DNA of 64,000 nt from contig JAZUBI010000127.1 in NCBI GenBank assembly GCA_045638385.1, positions 6,074-70,073 on the forward strand, in the 5' to 3' direction. The translations under genes and the position numbers were made by a program. Under the pieces are notes generated by a model, which worked only from the letters and a program-made list of their open reading frames with translations, was not told the origin of the DNA and did not search any database. This document shows, piece after piece, positions 48,714 through 58,156 of the stretch. Every line of letters begins with the position of its first letter. The first letter of the stretch is position 1. Source of the stretch: Eubacteriales bacterium (GTDB lineage Bacteria; Bacillota; Clostridia; Oscillospirales; CAG-272).

Positions 48714-49715
48714 TTATTCCTCATCCTCGGGAGCTTCGAGAAGCTCGGTATCCGAGTCGGGATCTTCGTCTGCGTTTTTAGCGGGAGCAACGGGATCTAT
48801 CATATATTTCTTAATTATCGGGTACGCAGCATATGTATAAATGAACGCGCACAAACCAAGATAGTATATCAAGGGAAGAACGATAGTGACACCAAGTCCC
48901 ATAGGAAGGAAGAAAACTACAAGCAGTATTGCAAATGCTGTTATCAGTACGAGTCCAAGCAATGCCATAATATTGCGCTTGATTCCCAAAACAAGGAAGA
49001 TAAGCGCATTTTTAAAGACCTTGCTCAGCTTCATATCAAACGTGACGACCATAAGATAAGTGTAGAAACGGAAAATAATATACAGCACTATCAGAGCGAT
49101 CGTCAAAACATACATAAAATTGTTGAGTCCTGTATGTGGCGACGTAAAGAAATAATATATATCAAATCCAAGCGCGAACATCGCAAGGCAGTCTATAAGA
49201 CCCAAAACAAGTCCTTGCTTGAGATTCTTCTTTATAGCGTAAAAGTAATCAGACCATACAAAAACGCTATCTCCGCGAACAAGTCCTCTTGTAACGTATA
49301 TAACGCCAACCTTCTGCCATCCGTAAGTTATAACCTCAAATAACAGGAGCGCACCGATAACCCAATATATGTAGGTGTTGTAAGTGGGAAGGGGGTGCTG
49401 GAAAGAGAACAATCCGCTGTTTACTGCGCCAACCGCGGTGGCTGATGCCTCCTGCATACCGAAAACAGCCGCATGCTCGGGATAATACTGCGTTGGTGTT
49501 TTGGGTGTAGCGATAAAGTAAAGATAAAGACAGAGCAGAAGAGGGATGACCTGCATTATTGCCAACATATTTAAAGTTATGATTTTTGATAATTTTCGCC
49601 ACAGCAGCTTGAAAAAATATTTCAGATTAGGTGTGGTATCCTCTCCGGGATCAACACCTTTGCCGTCTCGGTTCATATCAAAAAGCTTAAATTTTCTTTT
49701 ATTTAGCTGTTCCAA
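48714..49715 (-). CDS. DUF624 (YesL-like) membrane protein
   Basis: 333-aa multi-TM ORF with an N-terminal FFKLLWRKL pattern typical of YesL/DUF624 and an acidic C-terminal tail. Confidence 0.7.
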   Translation of the reverse strand: MEQLNKRKFKLFDMNRDGKGVDPGEDTTPNLKYFFKLLWRKLSKIITLNMLAIMQVIPLLLCLYLYFIATPKTPTQYYPEHAAVFGMQEASATAVGAVNSGLFSFQHPLPTYNTYIYWVIGALLLFEVITYGWQKVGVIYVTRGLVRGDSVFVWSDYFYAIKKNLKQGLVLGLIDCLAMFALGFDIYYFFTSPHTGLNNFMYVLTIALIVLYIIFRFYTYLMVVTFDMKLSKVFKNALIFLVLGIKRNIMALLGLVLITAFAILLVVFFLPMGLGVTIVLPLIYYLGLCAFIYTYAAYPIIKKYMIDPVAPAKNADEDPDSDTELLEAPEDEE

Positions 49716-49734
49716 AATAATTTCTCCTTGATTG

Positions 49735-50583
49735 TTATTTATTTAACGATCCTAACTCTTCTGCGCGACTTGTACATTTTTTCATCGCATCAGAGAACGC
49801 CTGGTAAAAATCATATTTTTCAAGCTCTGCAACTGCTTGCTCGGTAGTACCGCCCTTTGAACAAACCGTTTGTATCTGTTCGTCCGGAGTTTTATTTCCT
49901 GCTTTCATAAGAGATGCGGCACCGATAATTGTATCGCAAATACAATCGATGAGCTCTTTTTCCGTGAGTCCCTTTGACAAGGATTCATCATATATAAGTC
50001 CTTGCTCGCATGCGCCCTGAAACATTGCTTTTATCATCATGAATACATATGCGGGGGATGATCCTGTGACCGATATGATTCTGTTCATTTCATCCTCACG
50101 TATCCTTATAACACTTCCTGCAGACGAAAATATTTTGCAAACAAAATCATAATCCTCGTCGCTGACATATTCATTTCTGCACACTGCGCTGACACCTTGT
50201 CCGATGATCATAGGTGTGTTGGGCATAACTCTGACAACAGGAGCATTATTTGTCGCTGCAGAAATGACTTCCGAGCTGATGCCTGCCGCTATAGAAACAA
50301 ACAGTTTATTTGCAATATCCTTATATTTTTTGAATTCCGGTAAGATTTCAGAAAAGCTCTGAGGTTTTACACAAAGAACAACACAATCTGAATTATTAAC
50401 TGCCTCTTCAAGCGAATCAGCAACAGTAGCGCCCAAAGCGGCGTAATGCTCGATCTTCTCCTTATGTCTGTTATAAAGAACAATATCCGACCACAGCACC
50501 GGATCGAGGTTTCTTGATGTGATACCGGATATTATTGCTGTCGCCATATTTCCGACACCTATAAACGAAATTTTTTTGCGCAT
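49735..50583 (-). CDS. proC: pyrroline-5-carboxylate reductase
   Basis: Rossmann fold (ISFIGVGNMATAI) and a C-terminal SKGGTTE motif. Confidence 0.9.
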   Translation of the reverse strand: MRKKISFIGVGNMATAIISGITSRNLDPVLWSDIVLYNRHKEKIEHYAALGATVADSLEEAVNNSDCVVLCVKPQSFSEILPEFKKYKDIANKLFVSIAAGISSEVISAATNNAPVVRVMPNTPMIIGQGVSAVCRNEYVSDEDYDFVCKIFSSAGSVIRIREDEMNRIISVTGSSPAYVFMMIKAMFQGACEQGLIYDESLSKGLTEKELIDCICDTIIGAASLMKAGNKTPDEQIQTVCSKGGTTEQAVAELEKYDFYQAFSDAMKKCTSRAEELGSLNK

Positions 50584-50680
50584 TACAATGTCCTCATAAA
50601 AAAATTATAATCTAATTATACCACAAACAAGTATATTTAAAAGGTAAATAATTTCAACAAATAACGACTTTTTTGTTAAT

Positions 50681-51472
50681 TTAGCCTTTATATAAGGATT
50701 TTTGCCTTGCAATTTCAAATGCAATAACAGAAACCGCCGAAGCAGAGGGAAGTGATCCCATAAAATCACGACCGTAATCAATCCTGACATTAGCGTCTGA
50801 CATATCTAAGATTTTGCGAGAAATTCCGCGTTTTTCGCCTCCTACAACAAGTAGGATAGGTGTATTAAAATCATAATCGTATATCGAGACGGAATCTCTT
50901 ATAGAGGCGCAAATGACCTTAAATCCGTGATCCTTGAATGTTTTTACAGCAGATTCCGGGTCACAAACAAGTATACTTGCAAGCTCAGAGGTTCCTGCGG
51001 AGGAACGGGCTACTGTACCCGAAAATTCCATCCAGTTACGCGGAGGAAGAATGATTCCGTCGACTCCCGCAGCATACAAGGATCTTATAGAATATCCAAA
51101 GTTGTATGGGTCCTCAATACCTTCTACAAGGGCAAAAAAACTACCGCTTGTTAATTTATTCACAATCTCATCGGAGAAGGTGCGTTTCGTTGTAATTGCA
51201 ATGATCCCACCGTGGGTTTCTCCCGAAGCCAAAGCATCAATACAGTCTCTCGAAGCCGCTTTAAGCTCAAAAGACATCTCCTCAGATTTCCTTTTTAGAA
51301 AGGAGAGCTCACGGGTTTTATGCGAAACACGTTTAGAATCGTAGATTACAGATATTATACGACGGTCGCTTGAACCGTTGCTGATGGAATTGATCACGGC
51401 TGATATTGAGGTCATGCCTTCAAAAACATCGTGCAAAGAGGTATCTACGGATAATTGATTTGTAACTGACAT
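50681..51472 (-). CDS. TrmH/SpoU family RNA 2'-O-methyltransferase
   Basis: SpoU motifs (GIEDPYNFGYSIRSLYAAGVDGIILP, LLVVGGEKRGIS); 263 aa. Confidence 0.8.
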   Translation of the reverse strand: MSVTNQLSVDTSLHDVFEGMTSISAVINSISNGSSDRRIISVIYDSKRVSHKTRELSFLKRKSEEMSFELKAASRDCIDALASGETHGGIIAITTKRTFSDEIVNKLTSGSFFALVEGIEDPYNFGYSIRSLYAAGVDGIILPPRNWMEFSGTVARSSAGTSELASILVCDPESAVKTFKDHGFKVICASIRDSVSIYDYDFNTPILLVVGGEKRGISRKILDMSDANVRIDYGRDFMGSLPSASAVSVIAFEIARQKSLYKG

Positions 51473-51517
51473 ATATATAATCCTTAATTTAAGTAATAAT
51501 AGGCAATTTTATAAAAA

Positions 51518-51548
51518 GATAATATGTACAAGCAAGTACACATATAAA
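51518..51548 (+). promoter_or_regulatory. possible sigma-E-type promoter of spoIIID
   Basis: GATAATAT ... CATATAAA resembles the ATA-N16-18-CATAcAaT pattern. spoIIID is sigma-E dependent in B. subtilis. This is a pattern match only. Confidence 0.25.
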
Positions 51549-51581
51549 TGTATTATAATAAACTATACAGAGGTACTACTA

Positions 51582-51839
51582 ATGATGTATTTAGCATCCG
51601 GTAAAGAAAGGTGCGTGGTACTCGGTTTGTATATTGTAGAAAATAATACCACCGTACGCGCCACCGCATTAAGATTCGGGATAAGTAAAAGCACGGTACA
51701 TAAAGACGTTACAGAAAATTTGAGAAACATTAACCGAGCCTTGTATCTGGATGTAAAAAGTGTGCTTGAAAAGAACAAGGAGGAGAGACACATCAGAGGC
51801 GGCGAGGCAACTAAGAAAAAGTATCTTGTATTAAAATAA
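51582..51839 (+). CDS. spoIIID: sporulation transcriptional regulator SpoIIID
   Basis: 85-aa ORF with the HTH VRATALRFGISKSTVHKDVTE and a C-terminal basic motif (HIRGGEATKKKY), closely resembling B. subtilis SpoIIID. Confidence 0.9.
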   Translation: MMYLASGKERCVVLGLYIVENNTTVRATALRFGISKSTVHKDVTENLRNINRALYLDVKSVLEKNKEERHIRGGEATKKKYLVLK

Positions 51840-51855
51840 TGGAAAAAGCACTTTT

Positions 51856-51960
51856 GGGCACTAATTTAGGGCATTTTTGATGCCCTAAATTATACAAAAT
51901 TTGCATTTTGTATAATTTTATATTTATTTAGAGGTTTTTTAGCTTTATGTGCCCTTTTTT
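51856..51960 (+). terminator. compound hairpin structure after spoIIID ending in U6
   Basis: Hairpin A is AATTTAGGGCAT/ATGCCCTAAATT (51863-51891). Hairpin B is ATACAAAAT/ATTTTGTAT (51892-51913). An outer pairing GGGCAC (51856-61)/GTGCCC (51949-54) is followed by TTTTTT. Confidence 0.4.
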
Positions 51961-52084
51961 GATTTCTGTGTTTTTAGGTGTTCAGCAAGCTGAATCAATC
52001 TACGCATAAATGGATCTATGTTTTCTGAAATCCTATAGAGATTAAAATTTCATTTTTACAAACCTCTATTTTAAAACACATAAT

Positions 52085-52123
52085 GGCAAACCGACGCATG
52101 GCGTCGGTTTGCCTTTGTTTTTT
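52085..52123. terminator. strong intrinsic terminator hairpin
   Basis: GGCAAACCGACGC-ATG-GCGTCGGTTTGCC followed by TTTGTTTTTT on the + strand. It lies directly 3' of the minus-strand oxidoreductase stop, where it is followed by a weaker U-rich run. Confidence 0.75.
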
Positions 52124-52124
52124 A

Positions 52125-53327
52125 TTATGCGTTGTATGTATTGGAAAGATCTGCTACACCTGCGCTTGCGGTTACTACCTTACGTCTGGATGTCTTTACT
52201 CTCTCCATAAGAAGATCCTTATAAAGAACCTCGTCTATAGGAAGCTCTACGGTCTTGCCGGTCCATGCAGAAAGATGCATTGCATTGGAAATCATCAAAC
52301 CGTTAATTCCCTCGCGGCCGTCAGCTACGAGAGGCTCGTCACGAAGGATAGCTGCTGCGAACTTCTCACGAACCTCGATGTGCTGGAGATTTCTACCGTC
52401 GGTCTCAACCTCGATAGTTTCGCACTTGGGGCTTCCGAAGAGCTGAGTCCATGTCTTTGTGAACTCTGTCTCGAACATCTCGAGCTTCTTCATTATAAGC
52501 TTGTTGCCCTCACAGATGAGTGTACCGCCGTCGCAAACGATCTCAAAACGGTTTGCTCCGGGAGCGTCACCGGTTGTAGTAATGAATGTTCCGGTTGCGC
52601 CGTTGGGATACTCAACGTAGCAAGTAACGTCATCCTCAACCTCGATGTCGTGCCACTTGCCGAAATGGAGCTTTGCGTCTACCTTGCAAGGCATGCCGCA
52701 GATCCACTGCCAGAGGTCAAGGTTATGGGGTGCCTGATTGAGAAGCACTCCTCCGCCCTCTCCGGACCAGGTTGCTCTCCATGCACCGGAATCATAGTAA
52801 GACTGGGGACGATACCAGTTGGTGATGATCCAGCTTGTTCTTCTGATCTCGCCAAGCTCGCCGCTTGCGATGATCTCCTTCATCTTTCTGTATACGCAGT
52901 TTGTTCTCTGGTTGAACATCATTCCAAACTTAAGCTCAGGATGTCTGTCAGCAGCCTCGATCATCTTTCTTACCTCAAGTGTGTATACACCTGCAGGCTT
53001 CTCGCACATAACGTGGAGACCGTTATCAAGACCCTCAACAGCATATCTGGGGTGGTCATAGTGAGGAACTGCAATAATTATAGCCTCGCAAGCGCCGCTC
53101 TTAATAAGATCGCTTCCGTCTGCGAAATACTCCATATCCGGAATATCGCTCTCGGGATACTTCTCACGATACTCAACGATTGCCTTCTTAGCCCACTCGA
53201 TTCTCTCGGGATTTGTATCTGCAACAGCAGTTACAACGATCTCGGGGTTTGTGTTCATCCAAATGTTCTGGAGATGGCTTGCTCCCATATTACCGATACC
53301 GATAATACCTAATTTTACCTTTCTCAT
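52125..53327 (-). CDS. Gfo/Idh/MocA family oxidoreductase (paralog 1)
   Basis: Rossmann fold (KLGIIGIGNMG) and EKP motif (VMCEKPAG); 400 aa. It is highly similar to the adjacent gene. Confidence 0.85.
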   Translation of the reverse strand: MRKVKLGIIGIGNMGASHLQNIWMNTNPEIVVTAVADTNPERIEWAKKAIVEYREKYPESDIPDMEYFADGSDLIKSGACEAIIIAVPHYDHPRYAVEGLDNGLHVMCEKPAGVYTLEVRKMIEAADRHPELKFGMMFNQRTNCVYRKMKEIIASGELGEIRRTSWIITNWYRPQSYYDSGAWRATWSGEGGGVLLNQAPHNLDLWQWICGMPCKVDAKLHFGKWHDIEVEDDVTCYVEYPNGATGTFITTTGDAPGANRFEIVCDGGTLICEGNKLIMKKLEMFETEFTKTWTQLFGSPKCETIEVETDGRNLQHIEVREKFAAAILRDEPLVADGREGINGLMISNAMHLSAWTGKTVELPIDEVLYKDLLMERVKTSRRKVVTASAGVADLSNTYNA

Positions 53328-53351
53328 AGCACAAATGCTCCTTCTTGGTTA

Positions 53352-54551
53352 TTATAAAATAGTTTTATGAGTTTCGTTAAACTCAGAAAATACATAGGTT
53401 ATGTTTTCCTTGCGCTTCGAGGTTTTTACTCTCTCGTCAAGCAAGGATTTGTAAAGCTCCTCATCGAAAGGAAGCTCGACTTCTTTTCCCATCCAAGCAG
53501 ACAGATGCATGGCGTTGGAAATCGTCAGTCCGTTAATTCCCTCGCGGCCGTCAGCTACAAGAGGCTCATTGCGGAGAATTGCTCCCGCAAGTGCATTAAG
53601 AACTGCGGAATGCTGTTCATTCTTACCGTCGGTTTCAACCTCGCAGGTAGTTACCTCGGGCATTCCGTAAGGACTGGTGTTTTCCTTTGTGAATTTGGAT
53701 TCAAATACGCTCAACTTACTCATTGTGAGCTTATTATCCTCACAAATCAATGTTCCGCCGTCACATACGATCTCAAGTCTGTTTGTTCCGGGCATGTCCG
53801 CCGTGGTTGTAATAAAGGTACCTGTAGCACCGTTAGGATATTCAACGCACGCAGTAACATCGTCCTCGACCTCTATGTCGTGCCATTTACCAAACTTAAG
53901 CTTGGCATATACCTTGTTGGGCATTCCGCACAGCCACTGCCAAAGGTCAAGATTATGAGGACACTGGTTAAGCAAGACTCCTCCGCCTTCACCTGCCCAT
54001 GTTGCACGCCATTCTCCTGAATCGTAATAAGCCTGAGGACGGTACCAGTTTGTGATTATCCATGTAGAACGTCTTATCTCGCCAAGCTCTCCGCTGTCGA
54101 GGATCTCCTTCATCTTGCGATAAACGCAATTCGTTCTCTGGTTAAACATCATTCCGAACTTCAATTCGGGATGCTTGTCCGCCTCTGCCATCATCTCGCG
54201 AACCTGAAGCGTATATACTCCTGCGGGCTTTTCACACATAACGTGAAGTCCGTTTTGGAACGCCTCTATCGCATACATCGGGTGGCTATAATGAGGAACA
54301 GCGATCACAACCGCATCAACGGTTCCGCTCTTGATCATCTCGGACGCATTGGAAAACAGAATAGGTGTAGGAACACTTGCGTCTTTCGCCTGATATGATG
54401 CGCATGTCTTTACCGCCCAATCAAGCCTATCGGGATTGGTATCCGCTACCGCTACAACGTCAATTTCAGGACAATGTCCGTTTAATACGTTTCGGTAATG
54501 CTGCGATCCGATATTACCAAGTCCGATAATTCCAAGTTTTACCTTTTTCAT
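53352..54551 (-). CDS. Gfo/Idh/MocA family oxidoreductase (paralog 2)
   Basis: Rossmann fold (KLGIIGLGNIG) and EKP motif (VMCEKPAG); 399 aa. It shares long identical blocks with paralog 1. Confidence 0.85.
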   Translation of the reverse strand: MKKVKLGIIGLGNIGSQHYRNVLNGHCPEIDVVAVADTNPDRLDWAVKTCASYQAKDASVPTPILFSNASEMIKSGTVDAVVIAVPHYSHPMYAIEAFQNGLHVMCEKPAGVYTLQVREMMAEADKHPELKFGMMFNQRTNCVYRKMKEILDSGELGEIRRSTWIITNWYRPQAYYDSGEWRATWAGEGGGVLLNQCPHNLDLWQWLCGMPNKVYAKLKFGKWHDIEVEDDVTACVEYPNGATGTFITTTADMPGTNRLEIVCDGGTLICEDNKLTMSKLSVFESKFTKENTSPYGMPEVTTCEVETDGKNEQHSAVLNALAGAILRNEPLVADGREGINGLTISNAMHLSAWMGKEVELPFDEELYKSLLDERVKTSKRKENITYVFSEFNETHKTIL

Positions 54552-54575
54552 ATGCTTGCTCCTATAATATCAGAA

Positions 54576-55340
54576 TCACTTAAGACCGTATCTCGAGGAG
54601 AGGAAGTCATAGCTGCGCTTCATGCAATCAAAAGGATCCTCGCCGTAGCAATTATCAAGCTCAACATATGCGATCTCAACATCAGAGTCATAGCAAGCCT
54701 CTATGATAGAATCATAGTTCATATTACCCTCACCGATGGGAGCTATACGAATCGCCTTATCATCAAGGTTGAAGCTCATATCCTTGAAATGAACTCTGTC
54801 AAGTCTTCCCTTCAGCTTTCTGATCCAAGCCGCAGGATCTCCTCCCGCTGCCTGAACCCAATAAGTATCAAGGGTTATTCCAACCTCTTCGGGAGTGAAT
54901 TTCTCACAAAGAAGATCGATGGATGTCTTACCGTCATATCTTGCAAATTCCCAATGGTGGTTATGGTACATAAGCTTATGTCCTGCCGCGTTGATCTTCT
55001 TTACAGCCTCAGCGGTGACATTATAAAATTCGTCGATCTTTTCAGGGCTTCTGACAAGATTCGAGCCACCGATACCTATACATTTACAATTCATTGCCGC
55101 ATGGGTTTTGATTGTATTTTCGGTATCATTTACGATCTTATCGAAATCATAGTGTGTGATGTCAACAGTAATACCAAGTTCCTTGATCTTTTCAGCGACC
55201 CACTCACCCTCGTATGCACAAACACCCGAAAGCTGGATGGAGGTATAGCCCATATCGGCTACCTTTTTCATCGTTTCCTCAAGGCCATTAAGATCTGTGC
55301 AATAATCACGCAAGGTATAAAACTGCGCACCTAAAATCAT
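54576..55340 (-). CDS. sugar phosphate isomerase/epimerase (xylose isomerase-like TIM barrel)
   Basis: 254-aa ORF with an AP-endonuclease-2/xylose-isomerase-like TIM barrel pattern (YHNHHWEF, HFKD). Confidence 0.75.
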   Translation of the reverse strand: MILGAQFYTLRDYCTDLNGLEETMKKVADMGYTSIQLSGVCAYEGEWVAEKIKELGITVDITHYDFDKIVNDTENTIKTHAAMNCKCIGIGGSNLVRSPEKIDEFYNVTAEAVKKINAAGHKLMYHNHHWEFARYDGKTSIDLLCEKFTPEEVGITLDTYWVQAAGGDPAAWIRKLKGRLDRVHFKDMSFNLDDKAIRIAPIGEGNMNYDSIIEACYDSDVEIAYVELDNCYGEDPFDCMKRSYDFLSSRYGLK

Positions 55341-55360
55341 AATAAATTCTCCTTTTGTGA

Positions 55361-56212
55361 TCAGATATTTTCGATAATTCCCTTAAGAGAGTTAACGGCG
55401 TAATCAAAAGCTTCGCGATTGCTATTGAATTTGATAGTTGATCCAACGTTACTCTTAGCGCCCTCTTCCTCAAGTCCTGCAAGACCCACAAACTCTGTGA
55501 GGTGAGGCTCAAGGGTGAGCACCTTGCATCCCTTAGCAACAAACTTGGGAAGATACTCTGCGATATGTCCACAGCCACATCCGGGAGGAACGACCTTCTT
55601 TTCCTCGTCCGCATCCTTGATATGACCGTAATATACATACTCTTCAAGCATTTCCCATGCCTCAAGGGTATTCTGATCAGCCTGAACGAAGTTAGCGGGA
55701 TCAAACACTGCCTTGAGTCCGGGGACAGCCTTATGGATTGCCAAGCACTCTGCAGCCTTTTCACCGTAAATTCCCTTTTCATTTTCATGACAAGGAACTA
55801 TTCCGTATTCGTTTGCAATCTCAACATACTTCTTAAGGCGCTCGCAAACAGCCTCGAAGTACTCGGGCTTTGCGTCTGTTCCATAGAAGCTGAAAAGACG
55901 TACACACTTTGCTCCAAGGATGTTACCAACCTCAAGCATATTTCTGTATCTTGCGATCTCCTTATCGAAGTCATCGTCTATTTTGATCTTTCCGATAGGT
56001 GAACCGAGAGACCAAACCGAGATGCCGTTAGCATCAAGCTTTGCCTTTATAGCCTTTGCCTCGTCAACAGTTACATCGACAATGCTCTTACCATCTACAC
56101 CTCTTATTTCAAGAAGTGATATACCGTTCGCCTTAAGAGCTTCGATCTGTCCGTCGAGCATAGGATCTGCTTCATCCGCAAATCCGCAAAGAATAATTTT
56201 TTCGCTACTCAT
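55361..56212 (-). CDS. sugar phosphate isomerase/epimerase (xylose isomerase-like TIM barrel)
   Basis: TIM-barrel pattern (CHENEKGIYG, HIKD). The start was moved to ATG 56212 (GGAAGGGA upstream), which avoids a 35-nt overlap with the SDR gene. Confidence 0.75.
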   Translation of the reverse strand: MSSEKIILCGFADEADPMLDGQIEALKANGISLLEIRGVDGKSIVDVTVDEAKAIKAKLDANGISVWSLGSPIGKIKIDDDFDKEIARYRNMLEVGNILGAKCVRLFSFYGTDAKPEYFEAVCERLKKYVEIANEYGIVPCHENEKGIYGEKAAECLAIHKAVPGLKAVFDPANFVQADQNTLEAWEMLEEYVYYGHIKDADEEKKVVPPGCGCGHIAEYLPKFVAKGCKVLTLEPHLTEFVGLAGLEEEGAKSNVGSTIKFNSNREAFDYAVNSLKGIIENI

Positions 56213-56237
56213 GTTTAAATTCCCTTCCGTTATTTTA

Positions 56238-57074
56238 TTATACTCCGGAATAAGCGGAGAATCCACCGTCAACAGGGATTACTGTACCGGTAACAAATCC
56301 GGATGCAGCCGGATCTGCAAGGAACTTTAGCGCACCGAGAAGCTCTGTTGCTTCACCGAATCTTCCCATGGGAGTTGCGGCAAGGATCTTGCCGGTTCTC
56401 GCAGTAGGAGTTCCGTCGGGATTCCAAAGGAGCGCCTTGTTCTGATTTGTAGAGAAGAACCCGGGAGCAATTCCGTTTACTCTGATTCCCTCCTTGGCAA
56501 AGTGAACCGCAAGCCACTGTGTGAAGTTGGAAACTGCCGCCTTTGCAGAGCTGTATGCGGGAATCTTTGTAAGAGGTGTATATGCGTTCATCGAAGAAAT
56601 GTTGATAATTGAACATCCCTCCTCACCGATCATATCAGCCGCAAAGACCTGTGTCGGGAGAAGAACACCCTTGATATTGAGGTCAAACACAAAGTCAAAT
56701 CCTGCTTTATCGAGGTTGAAGAACGTGAGGATATCGTCACGGCTCTCATCACCCTTCTCAAAATACTCGTGAGCTGTGGTTGCCTTGGGGCTGTTTCCGC
56801 CTGCGCCGTTTATAAGCACTGTGCACTTTCCAAGCTCAGCCAAAACATCCTTGTGTACCTCTTCAAGGCATGCTCTGTCAAGAACGTTTGCCTTATATGC
56901 CTTTGCAAGACCGCCGCATGAGCAGATCTCATCAGCAACCGCCTTTGCAGCAGCTTCGTTTATATCAAGGAGGGCAACTGCGTACCCATTTTTAGACATT
57001 TCCTTTGCAAACTCTGCGCAAAGAACGCCGCCTGCTCCGGTAACAACACAAACATTTTTCATTTTGTTATCCAT
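56238..57074 (-). CDS. SDR family oxidoreductase (probable mannonate/fructuronate reductase, YjmF/UxuB-like)
   Basis: Cofactor motif VVTGAGGVLC and catalytic YSSAKAA (YxxxK). Its position immediately downstream of uxuA supports a hexuronate role. Confidence 0.8.
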   Translation of the reverse strand: MDNKMKNVCVVTGAGGVLCAEFAKEMSKNGYAVALLDINEAAAKAVADEICSCGGLAKAYKANVLDRACLEEVHKDVLAELGKCTVLINGAGGNSPKATTAHEYFEKGDESRDDILTFFNLDKAGFDFVFDLNIKGVLLPTQVFAADMIGEEGCSIINISSMNAYTPLTKIPAYSSAKAAVSNFTQWLAVHFAKEGIRVNGIAPGFFSTNQNKALLWNPDGTPTARTGKILAATPMGRFGEATELLGALKFLADPAASGFVTGTVIPVDGGFSAYSGV

Positions 57075-57092
57075 CCTTTATACTTTTATATT

Positions 57093-58133
57093 TTACTTCG
57101 CCTCTTTCTCAAGAGCTTCCCAAACACCGGAGAGATATACTGCACCGAGTGCTCTATCATAAAGACCGTATCCGTATCTTCCCTTTTCGCCCCAGATCAT
57201 TCTTCCGTGGTCGGGTCTCATATAGCCCTTGAATCCGCCATCGTGAAGAGCCTTGAGTATTCCGTAGATGTCAAGAGATCCGCACTCGGTGGGATGTCCA
57301 ACCTCATGGAACTGACGCTCGCCGGTGTACTTAATGTTTCTGATGTGAGCAAAGTGGATTCTGTCACAGAACTTATTGATCATTCCAATAAGATCGTTTT
57401 CGGGATTTGCACCGAGAGAGCCCGTGCAGAATGTCAAGCCGTTTTCAGGGAGATCGACGATCTTCAAGAATCTTTCAAGATTTGTCTCGTCAATAATGAT
57501 TCTGGGAAGTCCGAAAATTCCCCACGGTGGGTCATCGGGGTGAATTGCCATATTGACGCCAGCCTCGTGAGCTACGGGAATAACTGCCTTCAAGAATGTA
57601 GTGAGATTCTCGAAGAGCTTTTCGCTATCAATGCTCTCGTATCTCTTCAGAAGTCCGATAAGCTCGTCCTTTGAATAGCTTTCATCCCAACCGGGAAGCG
57701 AAAGACCTTCCTTGGAGGGATCCATAGAAAGAACTGTAAGCTCGTCATATGCCAAGCTGTTAGCTCCATCATCCATAGGTCTCTCAAGCTCACTTCTGAG
57801 CCAGTCAAATACAGGCATAAAGTTATAGCATATACATTTAACGCCTGCTTTTCCGAGTCTGCGAACATTCTCGCAATAGTTTTCAATGAGACGGGGTGCA
57901 TCGGGTCCGCCAAGCTTGATTTCCTCGTGAACGGGAACGCTCTCTACTACCTCAAACTCAAGACCTGCCGCATTAGCCTTTGCCTTGAGAGCGGCAATTT
58001 TTTCTTCAGGCCAGACCTCTCCTACCGGAACGTCGTATATAGCCGAAACTATACCCGTCATCGTAGGTATCTGTTTAATTTTCTGCAGGGTAACGGGATC
58101 TCCATCGCCGTACCATCTGAAGGTCATTTTCAT
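57093..58133 (-). CDS. uxuA: mannonate dehydratase
   Basis: 346-aa ORF starting [14 protein letters not shown] with UxuA-like sequence throughout. GGAGG lies 8 nt upstream. Confidence 0.9.
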   Translation of the reverse strand: MKMTFRWYGDGDPVTLQKIKQIPTMTGIVSAIYDVPVGEVWPEEKIAALKAKANAAGLEFEVVESVPVHEEIKLGGPDAPRLIENYCENVRRLGKAGVKCICYNFMPVFDWLRSELERPMDDGANSLAYDELTVLSMDPSKEGLSLPGWDESYSKDELIGLLKRYESIDSEKLFENLTTFLKAVIPVAHEAGVNMAIHPDDPPWGIFGLPRIIIDETNLERFLKIVDLPENGLTFCTGSLGANPENDLIGMINKFCDRIHFAHIRNIKYTGERQFHEVGHPTECGSLDIYGILKALHDGGFKGYMRPDHGRMIWGEKGRYGYGLYDRALGAVYLSGVWEALEKEAK

Positions 58134-58156
58134 ATTTTTTGCCTCCTAAAAAAGTG

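Noticed and set aside
51947-52009. 20-codon hydrophobic ORF in the spoIIID-downstream spacer
   Set aside because: The GAGG lies about 12 nt from the ATG, and the ATG is part of the predicted GTGCCC stem and U-tract. The ORF is too short to support without conservation or ribosome data. It is mentioned under the spacer finding only.
52083-53312. 409-aa ORF on the + strand, almost exactly antisense to the 400-aa Gfo/Idh/MocA gene
   Set aside because: Its product is Cys/Leu/Ser-rich nonsense with no SD or promoter. It lies in the frame where antisense stops correspond to sense TTA/CTA/TCA codons, which this strongly codon-biased gene avoids. This is a classic shadow ORF, while the sense-strand protein has clear family motifs.
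53367-55334. Long + strand ORFs (217 aa and 278 aa) antisense to the second oxidoreductase and the TIM-barrel gene
   Set aside because: The explanation is the same as for the other antisense ORFs: avoidance of TTA/CTA/TCA in the sense frame. No independent coding signals are present.
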